Below are positions 1 to 9,400 of a stretch of 64,000 nt of DNA, piece after piece. Source of the stretch: an uncultured Clostridia bacterium (lineage in GTDB: Bacteria > Bacillota > Clostridia > TANB77 > CAG-508). The stretch lies in the NCBI GenBank assembly GCA_934167175.1, contig CAKPKF010000001.1:57804-121803 (forward strand), read 5' to 3'. The stretch's first letter is position 1. Each line of letters begins with the position of its first letter. Under the pieces are notes generated by a model that saw only the letters and a program-made list of their open reading frames with translations, searched no databases and was not told the DNA's origin. Position numbers and translations under genes: made by a program.

Positions 1-664
1 TTTTTATTATATCATCTGCTTCTTGTAATTTTTCGATTGCAGTATATAGGTCTCTTCTATAACTAACAATTTTAACTGTTACTTGTTTTTCCCCTGCTCC
101 TATACTATCTAGTTTCACCTTATAATCATCTGTTAATTCTGCTCCTTCAACTTCTATATCTGCTTGTGTTGCTATTTTGCTATCCTGTTGTTTGGTTTGC
201 CTAAATATTTGTGGTAATTCTATTAATTTATCCGCATTATATTTTATTGGTTCGTTAAATGCTGCCTCTATCGTTTGATTTTTTAAATTTATTTCCGCAT
301 TTAGATTTTCTAATTCTTGTGCATCTTTTATTTGATTATTTGATAAATTTATTTCTGTTAAATTAGAAAATTTCCCAATTCCTGATATGTCTTTAATATT
401 ACAATTAGATAAATCCAAACTTGTTACTGACTGTATATTAGCATCTGTAATTAGTATTGAATACATATCATCATCAAAACTAGAAATTTTATTGTTTATC
501 TTTTCTTTTAATGCTTTGTATAAATTTTCATCAGAAAATGTAATTTTTATATCCTTATCTGAAAAAGTGTCCTTCACGGGCTTTATTGCTAATATTGCTA
601 ATATAATTAAAACTATAGCAAGACCTATGAATGCTATTATTTTTTTATTTCTTAATTTTCGCAT
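1..664 (-). CDS. Leucine-rich-repeat (internalin-like) membrane-anchored protein, N-terminal part; the 3' end lies beyond the window start
   Basis: Absent from the ORF track because no stop falls in the window. The reverse strand reads GGGGAAAGGGG-5nt-ATG (664..662), then MRKLRNKKIIAFIGLAIVLIILAILAIK (TM anchor) ... SLDLSNCNIKDISGIGKFSNLTEINLSNNQIKD, matching the LRR pattern LxxLxLxxNxIxDI. Confidence 0.6.
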   Translation of the reverse strand, partial: MRKLRNKKIIAFIGLAIVLIILAILAIKPVKDTFSDKDIKITFSDENLYKALKEKINNKISSFDDDMYSILITDANIQSVTSLDLSNCNIKDISGIGKFSNLTEINLSNNQIKDAQELENLNAEINLKNQTIEAAFNEPIKYNADKLIELPQIFRQTKQQDSKIATQADIEVEGAELTDDYKVKLDSIGAGEKQVTVKIVSYRRDLYTAIEKLQEADDIIK

Positions 665-1004
665 AATAACCCCTTTCCCCTATACTTAATATATATAAAC
701 TTACTACAAAATCACAAAATTTGCAATAGAATTTTACAATTTGTCATTTAAATCTAATAAATGTAATATGAATGTAACATTTTAAACATATGTTAAATAA
801 AAATTTTACAAATTAAGAGTTTGAATAGCTATCAATTATTTTTTACACATATACTATACATTTTTTTAATTCATAAAATATAATATATTAATTTATATAA
901 TATATTAATTTACATAATTTTTATTGATTGTTTTCTAAAATTATGATATAATTTAGAATTAAGATATGAACGGATTTATATATTATTATGAAAGGAGATG
1001 TACA

Positions 1005-3521
1005 ATGAAAAAAAGTAACTTTTTCAACAAGTTTTACTTAGATAAGGAAAAAGACATTATAATCAATTTATATAAACAAAATGATGATGAGATTGAATAT
1101 ATTTTAGAAACTCCAAACCACAACACTGGTAATTTAATAACAAATTTAGCTAAAGTTTGTAATGTTTCAACTATAAAAAATTCACAAAATATGAAAATTA
1201 TAAAAGGAATCATTCCAGCTTGTGTAAACTCAACTAATGAAGACATTTACATTTTTAAATTAGGTGATATTCACATAGCCAATATTTATTCTAGTGGTCG
1301 TATAGAACAATTTTGTACTGTTCCCGCAATAATAAAAACTCTTATGTCTCAAACTAAAGACTACAATTTAAGTGTAGATAAAACTTTAGTAAATTCATAT
1401 ATTCCTAAAAAAACTAAATTCAGAACAGATTTACATACACATATGAATGCCAATTTATCTCCAGATACATTGATAGCTTTGGGAATAAAACATCAAATAA
1501 GATATTCTTTGTACTGTATCAAAAAATTTAAAATAGTTCTAACTCCTGAGCAAGAAAAAAATATTTTAAATTATAGAAAAGAAGTTGAAAAGAAATATAA
1601 AGATTCTGAATTAACAGGTAAAAAATTAGAAAGAAAAATAAATGATGAAACTTATATAAATTTCGCAGATTTAATTCTAAACAATTTAGATAATGCAGAA
1701 AAAAACATTTTAAAAATAAGAAAACCTCTAGCTATATTAAAAGATGGTCAGGCGGTATTTACTAACCTTGAAAAAGTATATGTTAACAGATATATTTTTG
1801 CCAAAGGTAAACCAGCCAAAAATAAAATAGATTTATCAATTGAAAAAATAGATCAAATTCCTGAAAAAGATATTAAAAATTTTGTGAAACAAATGCTAAT
1901 TGATACAAATCCTCAAAGTCCTTACAAAAATAATACTCTTTTGCAAGATAAACTTTTATGGATAGGTAGAGAATACCAAAAACAAGGAATAAGATATGCT
2001 GAAATTGCTAATACAACTTTAGTTAGAAAAGGAATTGACTCAATAAATTTCTTAAAAGAAATTCATGAAATACTACCATATGTAGAAAAAGAAACAGGTG
2101 TTAAATTAAGATTTCTAGCTGCAATCAGACGTGTATGGCTTACTCCAAAAGACACTACAGCTGGATTAAACGAATTAAGAGAAAATTTAGATGTTCTAAA
2201 AGCCGTTGCCAAAAGTCCCTACATTGTTGGTAGTGATATAATAGGTGAAGAAATAAACGATATAAGTGAATTTAAACCAGTAATAAATGAATTAGTACAA
2301 TATGCTATTAATGAAGATAATGGTTTCACAATAAGAATACATGCAGGTGAAAATGATAGTTTAAGAGATAATGTTGCTAAATCTATAGAATGTGTAAAAG
2401 ATTCTGTATTACCTAATCAAAAAATGCCAAGAATAAGAATTGGCCATGGATTATATACTGCAGATTTAAATTCTGAAGCTGGAAAACAATTAATAACTAA
2501 CATAAAAGAATCTGGAGCAGTCTTAGAATTCCAATTAACTTCTAATGTTAGATTAAACAACTTAAGCTCTCTAAATAATCATCCTTTAAAAAAATACTTA
2601 CTTAACGATATTAAATGTGTTCAAGGAACTGACGGATTTGGTTTTTATGGAACTGACACAATAGAAGAACAATTAGCCTTATATAACATTCTTGACTTAG
2701 ATGACTCTGATTTTCTAAAAATGAAAAAAGTAGAAAATGAAATTTTAGATTTTAATGAAATTTATTTTTCTAATAAATCAAAGAAATTCTCTGAATTTTT
2801 AAATGGAAGAACAATTGAAGAAGCTATTTTAGAACTTCAAGAAACAAATATTCAAAAAAGTAAAGAAAATTCAATCATACTAAAACACAATAATAATGTT
2901 GAATCTGCTAAAGTTCTAAAAGACCTTGTTACCAAATTACCCGAAGATAAAGTTCCAATCATTATTGCAGGTGGGAGTTTTAATGCAAGAGGCAGAGAAA
3001 CAATTTTAGATGAAAACGGCAAAAAAATATTAACAGAGTTAATAAAAAAAGTAAATTCAAAAAAAGCTTACTTTGTAGTTGGTCACAAAATGCAAGGATA
3101 TGAAAAAGCACTTATAGATATATCTAAAAAATTAAATAAAAACTTTGAAATAAATGCAATTATACCAAAATTGGTATCTGAGAATGTTAAAAACAATATT
3201 TTAGAAGAAAATATTAACGGAGTATGCATTTCACCTGAAGAAGAAGAATTTGGAATTTATAAAAGTTTTAATTACGAAATTTTTGAACGTAGAAATTCAG
3301 TGGTATTAGCTTTTGATGGTAATTCCCCTGTTTCAAATTTAGTTCAAGAAGCTAAAAATGGTAAGGGAAAAGCAAAAATATATGTTAATTCTGATGTAAG
3401 TACACTAAAAGAAAAAGCTAAATCTTTAACAGGATATGTTGTTCCATTTAATGCAACAGAAAACATTGTAGAACAAATTTTAGATGAAACCCCTGAATTA
3501 AGAGATATTCAAAACTCATAA
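1005..3521 (+). CDS. Adenosine/AMP-deaminase-superfamily protein (838 aa) with an unknown ~150-aa N-domain, an insertion-rich deaminase core and a C-terminal degenerate LOG/SLOG-like Rossmann domain
   Basis: The start is moved to the ATG at 1005 (AAAGGAG 7 nt upstream). Deaminase motifs occur in the canonical order: DLHTHMN (HxH), RIHAGEN (HAGE), RIGHGL, LTSN, GTDG. The C-terminal region IIIAGGSFNARG...FVVGHKMQGYEKAL...INAIIPKLV...VVLAFDGNSPVSNLVQEA...AKIYV follows LOG-fold topology with degraded catalytic motifs. Confidence 0.7.
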   Translation: MKKSNFFNKFYLDKEKDIIINLYKQNDDEIEYILETPNHNTGNLITNLAKVCNVSTIKNSQNMKIIKGIIPACVNSTNEDIYIFKLGDIHIANIYSSGRIEQFCTVPAIIKTLMSQTKDYNLSVDKTLVNSYIPKKTKFRTDLHTHMNANLSPDTLIALGIKHQIRYSLYCIKKFKIVLTPEQEKNILNYRKEVEKKYKDSELTGKKLERKINDETYINFADLILNNLDNAEKNILKIRKPLAILKDGQAVFTNLEKVYVNRYIFAKGKPAKNKIDLSIEKIDQIPEKDIKNFVKQMLIDTNPQSPYKNNTLLQDKLLWIGREYQKQGIRYAEIANTTLVRKGIDSINFLKEIHEILPYVEKETGVKLRFLAAIRRVWLTPKDTTAGLNELRENLDVLKAVAKSPYIVGSDIIGEEINDISEFKPVINELVQYAINEDNGFTIRIHAGENDSLRDNVAKSIECVKDSVLPNQKMPRIRIGHGLYTADLNSEAGKQLITNIKESGAVLEFQLTSNVRLNNLSSLNNHPLKKYLLNDIKCVQGTDGFGFYGTDTIEEQLALYNILDLDDSDFLKMKKVENEILDFNEIYFSNKSKKFSEFLNGRTIEEAILELQETNIQKSKENSIILKHNNNVESAKVLKDLVTKLPEDKVPIIIAGGSFNARGRETILDENGKKILTELIKKVNSKKAYFVVGHKMQGYEKALIDISKKLNKNFEINAIIPKLVSENVKNNILEENINGVCISPEEEEFGIYKSFNYEIFERRNSVVLAFDGNSPVSNLVQEAKNGKGKAKIYVNSDVSTLKEKAKSLTGYVVPFNATENIVEQILDETPELRDIQNS

Positions 3522-3522
3522 T

Positions 3523-3576
3523 AGTATATAAAAAATGAAGATGATAAATATTTATCATCTTCATTTTTTATATACT
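3523..3576. terminator. Bidirectional intrinsic terminator between the convergent deaminase gene and spoIIE
   Basis: Perfect 26-bp inverted repeat AGTATATAAAAAATGAAGATGATAAA / TTTATCATCTTCATTTTTTATATACT (3523..3548 and 3551..3576), with A/T runs on both sides. Confidence 0.7.
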
Positions 3577-6043
3577 ATTTTTTTATTAATTTTGCTACTA
3601 TAACTGTCATATCATCTCTTGCTATGCCATATGATGCATCTATTGATTCATTTAGTATAATATTAGCTACTTTTTTAGAGTCATTTACTTCTATTTCATC
3701 TAACAAATTTTTTACCCACAGATCTTTATTTTTATATTCTGCATTTGCTTCCATTATTCCATCAGTAACCATTACAATCATATCACCATTTTTTATATCC
3801 TTATCATAAACAGTTAGTTCTATGTTATCTAGTATTCCTGCTGGCAATGATTCTGACTTTATTGTTTGAACATTTTTCCTATTTTTCACATATGTTGGAC
3901 ATGCTCCATTTTTTATAAATTCTATATTCCCTGAATATAAATCCAATATTGCAATATCTAATGTTGCAAACATTTCTTCCTCAGTATTCAATGAAATAGT
4001 TGAATTTATTAATTCCATAGAAACGTCTTTATCAAACCCTATTTGTAACAGTCTTTCTAACATTTTTATTGCTATTTGACTACTCTTTCTAGCATTTGGT
4101 CCAGATCCCATGCCATCGCTTAACGCGATTAAGTATTTTCCATCGTCTAATTTTGTATTAAGTATTGTATCTCCTGAAACTGGTGAATCTTTCTTTGTTT
4201 TTTGTGCTAACCCGACTTGTAATAAATATTTATCTTCCGATATATAATTTTGAATTGCAGGATCTTTTTTATTTGTTTTTGTTTTTTGAATAGTTATTTT
4301 TTCTCTACATATCTCTGTTAGAATATCTTCCATTTTTGTTATTTGGGCTTTTGAACCAATTTCTGTACTTGACATATCAATTACTACATTGATTCTATAT
4401 CTTCCCGTATTTTCCTTTTTAACATTAATCTGTTTTGTTATTATTCCTTTTTGTGCAGAAATTTTTTCTATTTCTTCTTTTATTGATTTATTTTCTTCTT
4501 TATTTGACTTATTTATGTCTTCTGCTAAATTTGATATTACTTTTGAAACTCCATCTAATTGATTTGATATTGTATTTTTATTCGCATCCATCTTTTGTTT
4601 CCATATAAAATTAATTTTACTCATTTTATATGTATCGTTTATTGTTTTTACCATATCATCAATATCTTTTTCTAACTCAATATTTATATTTTCGTTTTCA
4701 TATCCTGTTAAATAATTATTATATTTAGCAAAAATATCTATTAAATCTTTAGGTTTAATTATTTCTTTTTTTAATAGCAAATTAAATATATCATCTACTA
4801 TTTTATCTCCACTCGCTATATCTTCATAAAGAATATTATTTTCTAACTCTACTAAATTATTCTTTAAAACCTCAATGAACAGCTCTTTATTTTTTTCTTC
4901 TTCTTTTGTTTTAGTTCCTACTACACTTGCTGCTACTTCTTTATATGTTTGTGCTATTTCTGATATAGCTTCTGATACACTATTTAATTTTTGCACTGTT
5001 TCTTTGCTTTCTTCAATTGTTCTTTTACTTCCATCTGGTAATAATGCTGTATTTGGATTCAAATCTTGAATATTTATTTTTATATTCTTAGGAACTAATA
5101 ATAGACCTAAAGAAGCTATTAAAATTTCCTTAAAGTATGTGAATGAACCTGCCATTTCCTTTGACAAATAGCTAAGCATTATATTTCCTACTACAAATCC
5201 TACTATAACTCCTACTCTTCCTAATCTGCTGAATATACCTGCTATCATTCCAGAAAATGCATAAGTCGCTATCATAATAGGTTCACCTGAATTTATTATA
5301 CTAAGTACAGTTCCTATAGTTATTCCCGATGTAGCACCTATTAATGCTCCATTCTTCCATCCTAAAATTAATACTAATAATATGCTCAAAATATTTTTAA
5401 TCTCAAAACCAAAGATTGATGTTCCCTTTAAAGCTGAAATTGCTATAGCAATTATTAAACTTGCTCCTAATATTTCCTGTATCGAAAAAGCTTTTTTTAT
5501 ATCAAATTCTTTTATAACTATTATAGAATTACTAAATATTTTGTAAAAAATGCATACTGCAATTGCTCCTGCTAATGCAACTAGTACATCATATATCATA
5601 AATGTTTTAAATATTAACGGAAGAATATTTGCGCCTAGGCTAGATGCAAACAACAATGGCATTAATCGCCTTTTTTCATTTCTATATGTTCTTTCTACTA
5701 TTGGTCTAAATATCAAAATCAAAACAGTTAATATTAGCGTAGCTAATATATATGTTAAAGTTCCTGCACGTCCGAATCCTAATATTGTTCCTATTAAGCC
5801 ACATATAAATATACCTCCCACAGGTATATTATTACTACATGCTGCTGCAAATATAGCTAGTCCAAATGGGCTCATTTCTTCTGAAAAATTAACAGAAGAT
5901 ACCATAATAGATATTATATATAATAATATATTTTGTTTTTGGAACATTCCTTTCCATATTTTTCTTTGACTTTTTTTTGAATTTTCAACATCCTCAAATC
6001 CATCCTGTGTATTTATATCATCACTTGAAATATTTTGAAACAT
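3575..6043 (-). CDS. spoIIE: Stage II sporulation protein E (polytopic membrane PP2C phosphatase)
   Basis: About 10 N-terminal TM segments and a C-terminal PP2C domain (ALSDGMGSGPNARKSS ... DDMTVIV). The likely start is the ATG at 6043 with GAGGTG 6 nt upstream; the track ORF begins at an upstream GTG (6052). Confidence 0.9.
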   Translation of the reverse strand: MFQNISSDDINTQDGFEDVENSKKSQRKIWKGMFQKQNILLYIISIMVSSVNFSEEMSPFGLAIFAAACSNNIPVGGIFICGLIGTILGFGRAGTLTYILATLILTVLILIFRPIVERTYRNEKRRLMPLLFASSLGANILPLIFKTFMIYDVLVALAGAIAVCIFYKIFSNSIIVIKEFDIKKAFSIQEILGASLIIAIAISALKGTSIFGFEIKNILSILLVLILGWKNGALIGATSGITIGTVLSIINSGEPIMIATYAFSGMIAGIFSRLGRVGVIVGFVVGNIMLSYLSKEMAGSFTYFKEILIASLGLLLVPKNIKINIQDLNPNTALLPDGSKRTIEESKETVQKLNSVSEAISEIAQTYKEVAASVVGTKTKEEEKNKELFIEVLKNNLVELENNILYEDIASGDKIVDDIFNLLLKKEIIKPKDLIDIFAKYNNYLTGYENENINIELEKDIDDMVKTINDTYKMSKINFIWKQKMDANKNTISNQLDGVSKVISNLAEDINKSNKEENKSIKEEIEKISAQKGIITKQINVKKENTGRYRINVVIDMSSTEIGSKAQITKMEDILTEICREKITIQKTKTNKKDPAIQNYISEDKYLLQVGLAQKTKKDSPVSGDTILNTKLDDGKYLIALSDGMGSGPNARKSSQIAIKMLERLLQIGFDKDVSMELINSTISLNTEEEMFATLDIAILDLYSGNIEFIKNGACPTYVKNRKNVQTIKSESLPAGILDNIELTVYDKDIKNGDMIVMVTDGIMEANAEYKNKDLWVKNLLDEIEVNDSKKVANIILNESIDASYGIARDDMTVIVAKLIKK

Positions 6044-6386
6044 CCTTACCACCTCATACTTTTTTAATCTAGTTTACATTCTAATACTATGTCACTAAAT
6101 TATTTGTCGGTTTTACATACCTATTTTAAAAAAGTTTTTTACTTTTTGTGATATATTTGCCTTTATTTCTGCCATTACTTATTAGCTTAGACAAATTCTG
6201 TTTTTTATTTTATTATATTCTTCTCAAAAATACAACAATTTTGTATTATTTTTATATAATAATTATATTCATAAATTTACAAAGTAAATCCAAATCAAAT
6301 ATATAAATTTGAAGATTTTTAGACTTTATAATAATTATTATCTAATTATTTTTACTTAGATATTTTTTCATTAGCCACACCAAAAC

Positions 6387-6418
6387 AAAAGCTAATTTGC
6401 TTTTGCAAATTAGCTTTT
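6387..6418 (-). terminator. Intrinsic terminator downstream of the giant surface-protein cluster
   Basis: 14-bp perfect stem AAAAGCTAATTTGC-tttt-GCAAATTAGCTTTT lying 20 nt past the stop of the 6438 gene. Confidence 0.6.
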
Positions 6419-6437
6419 GTTTTTATATTTTATGATG

Positions 6438-9400
6438 TTATACTTTTCTCTTAATTAAGATTACTCCAACTGCTATTATTAATCCGCTGAATAGTGCCGT
6501 TAATGTCATTTTATAATGTATATCTTTTTGTCCTGTTGAAGGAACCACTGAAATTTCTTCTGAAGCTGCAACATAAGAATCATACTTATTTGGATCTGAG
6601 TCTGTACCTGTTGCATCATCTGGACTAAATTTACCTGGTATTGAACTTTCATCTCTTCTACCTTGTCCATTTTCTAAGTTTACTAATTCTAATGTGTTAA
6701 ACTTGTAATATGCATCATTATTAGAAGCCATGTCTATAACTGTTGATGTTTGTACAGAAACTTCTTTACTATCTTTTGGATTCAATGTATCTAACAATTC
6801 ATTGTTTCCAGTTGGTTTTATTATCGTTCCTTGAGTTTGTAAATTTACATCATTAGATAATTCATAATCTTTTTTATATTGAGCTTTTGCTTGTTCTGTT
6901 GATACATCTATTTGTTCCCACTTATCTGTAACACTGCTTGTATCTACTACTAGCCCATTTGGAATATAGTCAACTAGATTAATAGCTTTTACAATTCCAC
7001 TTACCTTTTTGCCTCTCTCATAACCAGTTTCACTATTATTAATAATTTTATAATTATATTTTACTAGTAGTGTAGCTCCTTGTAATAAAGAATCATCTGC
7101 TTCTACCTTGTACATATTAACTTTTTTTCTGTTATTATTTGCACTTGCAATATTTGTTATTCCTTTTGATAAGAATGAATTATTTACTAATTTAATCTTT
7201 AATTCATTTATTGATTTTTCAACTTTAACATTAACATGTGGTCTTTCTGCAATACCAAAGTTTACACTTAATGTTCCTTCTTGTCCATCTGAAATACTAA
7301 AGTTTGGTGTATTAGCTGACACTGTAGCTTTTTCTGTATCTTCAGCCATCTTTTCGTAATTTTTATAAGTCATATTTTTATATTTTTTATTATATGATTC
7401 TCTTGAATCATCATCTTCAGCTGCTGAACGTATTGCATCTGTTTTATTATACCAGTCTGATGATGTATCTATTGTTCTTTTTGTAGAACTATAATCCTGA
7501 ACATTATAATCTTTATTTGCTCCATATACATATTGAACTTTGTAATTTCCTGGTTCTACTCTTTCAAAACTATACTTACCGTCAGCTTTAGTTGTTTGAC
7601 TTGTTACTTCTGAATTGTCCTCTTTAAGCAATCTAACATTTACACCACCTAAAGTCTTTTCTCCATCTTCTTTAATACCATTTCCTGTTCTTTCGTTGTT
7701 TTCTACCTGTGTTTCATCTACCCATACAACACCTTGTACTGTAACCTTACCATTTCTATTATCTGTAGGAGTATCTGGTTCATTTACTTTATAAATGTAC
7801 ACTGGTGATGGTGCTTCATCATCCTCTATTGCTGTTTGTTTAAATTTATAATTTCCTACATCAAAGTTTCCTGGTGCTGAATCTCTATCTATTAATCCTA
7901 ACTCTGTTGCATATCCATTAATTTCGGCATAATTAATGCTTCTTACTTCTGCTCCTGTAGTATATAAATTTCTCAATGCAGCTGCAGGATTTTTTAATTT
8001 TACTGTAACCAATACATAGTAGAATTCATTATTCTTTAATGTTTTTTCTGTTTGAATATATACTGCATTCTTTCCATCAATTTTTTGTTCATTTCCATAT
8101 TTACTCTTATCACTATATTTTACTTTTTCGCCAGTTACTGTAAAGTCATTTCTATTTCTTGTTGCAAATTGTATATTATCTACTTGATAAATATCGTCAT
8201 AGTAGCTTACAATTTCTTTTGATGTACCTACTACTCCTGATTCATTTTTTACACCTATAACATATGTTAAGTATACTTGTAGTTTTTGTTCCTGTGTAGC
8301 TAATGGTTGGTTTTCTACTTCTTTTAATGCTTCCACATTTTCTTTTGTTATATTACTGTATAATTCTTCTTTCATTGCAGATTCTTTTACATCTACTTTT
8401 GCCCAACCACTATCATCATAACCTACACCATTTCTCTTATCATAATCGATAATTCCATCTGCATTATTAACTTTTACGTTTGCTTTATACATGTTTTGAT
8501 ATAAATACAAGTCAAATTCTGGTCTTTTCTTTAATCCTAAGTTAACATGTAATCTAAATCCTTGTTCTGCAATATCTTTTGAGTCAAATTTTATTCCTGC
8601 AGATGATGTTGAAGATTTGATATTAAACTCATCACTATCATATTTTATTGTAGATACTTTATTTCCACTATCGCTAACTTTTGAATCGTAATTTAATTTA
8701 ATTCCTGATGTTGTTCTTCCAGCAGTTATTTCTGAAAATTTACTATTATATTTTTTCCTATCTAAAACATCTTCTTTAGCTTTTGATACATTTGGATCGT
8801 ATTTATCTGTGTTTTCATATCTTATTGTACCTGTATTTTGATCAATGACTCCTTTTTTAAGTGTTTCTATTGATTCGTATTTTTGACCATTATATTCAAA
8901 TTCTACATTAAAGTTTTCTATTCCGTCTGCTGGTACACCTTCAAATTTATATTTTCCGTTGCTATCTGTTACTGTTGTTTTTGTTCCTCCAAGTACACCA
9001 TATAGTTTTACTGTAATTTTTTCTAATTTCTTTTCGTTTGCTCCTATTGTATAATCTAAGTCATTTCCCTTTGTTGAACCTTCATCCAACCATACAACAC
9101 CTTCTATATCTATTCTTTGTGTAACCTTGATGTTTGTATATTTAACTTCTGCAACTTTATCTTTTTGTAATACTACTTCTTGTGGTGTTGAGTTAATTTC
9201 ATATCCACTTGGAGCTTTTGTTTCAACTACTTTATACTTACCTGTTGGCAATCTTTTACTTACTGCTGTACCATCTGTTCCTGTAGTTACATGGTCTACT
9301 TTTTCACCTTTTTCATTAAGAATATCAAATTCTATTCCTGATTCTTTTATTTGTTTTCCATTTTGATCTACTTTTATAAGTTTTACTTGTCCACTACCTA

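Noticed and set aside
387-689. 100-aa plus-strand ORF at the window start
   Set aside because: It lies antisense to a much better-supported minus-strand LRR protein gene (strong RBS, TM anchor, LRR periodicity). Its hydrophobic, F/I/L-rich translation is the typical shadow of an AT-rich gene.
1005-3521. RADAR (RdrA/RdrB) or Cad1/type III CRISPR assignment for the large adenosine deaminase
   Set aside because: No KAP/AAA ATPase (RdrA), CARF domain, cyclase or cas gene lies adjacent. The neighbours are an LRR surface protein gene and spoIIE. It is kept only as a 'sensor-deaminase-like orphan'.
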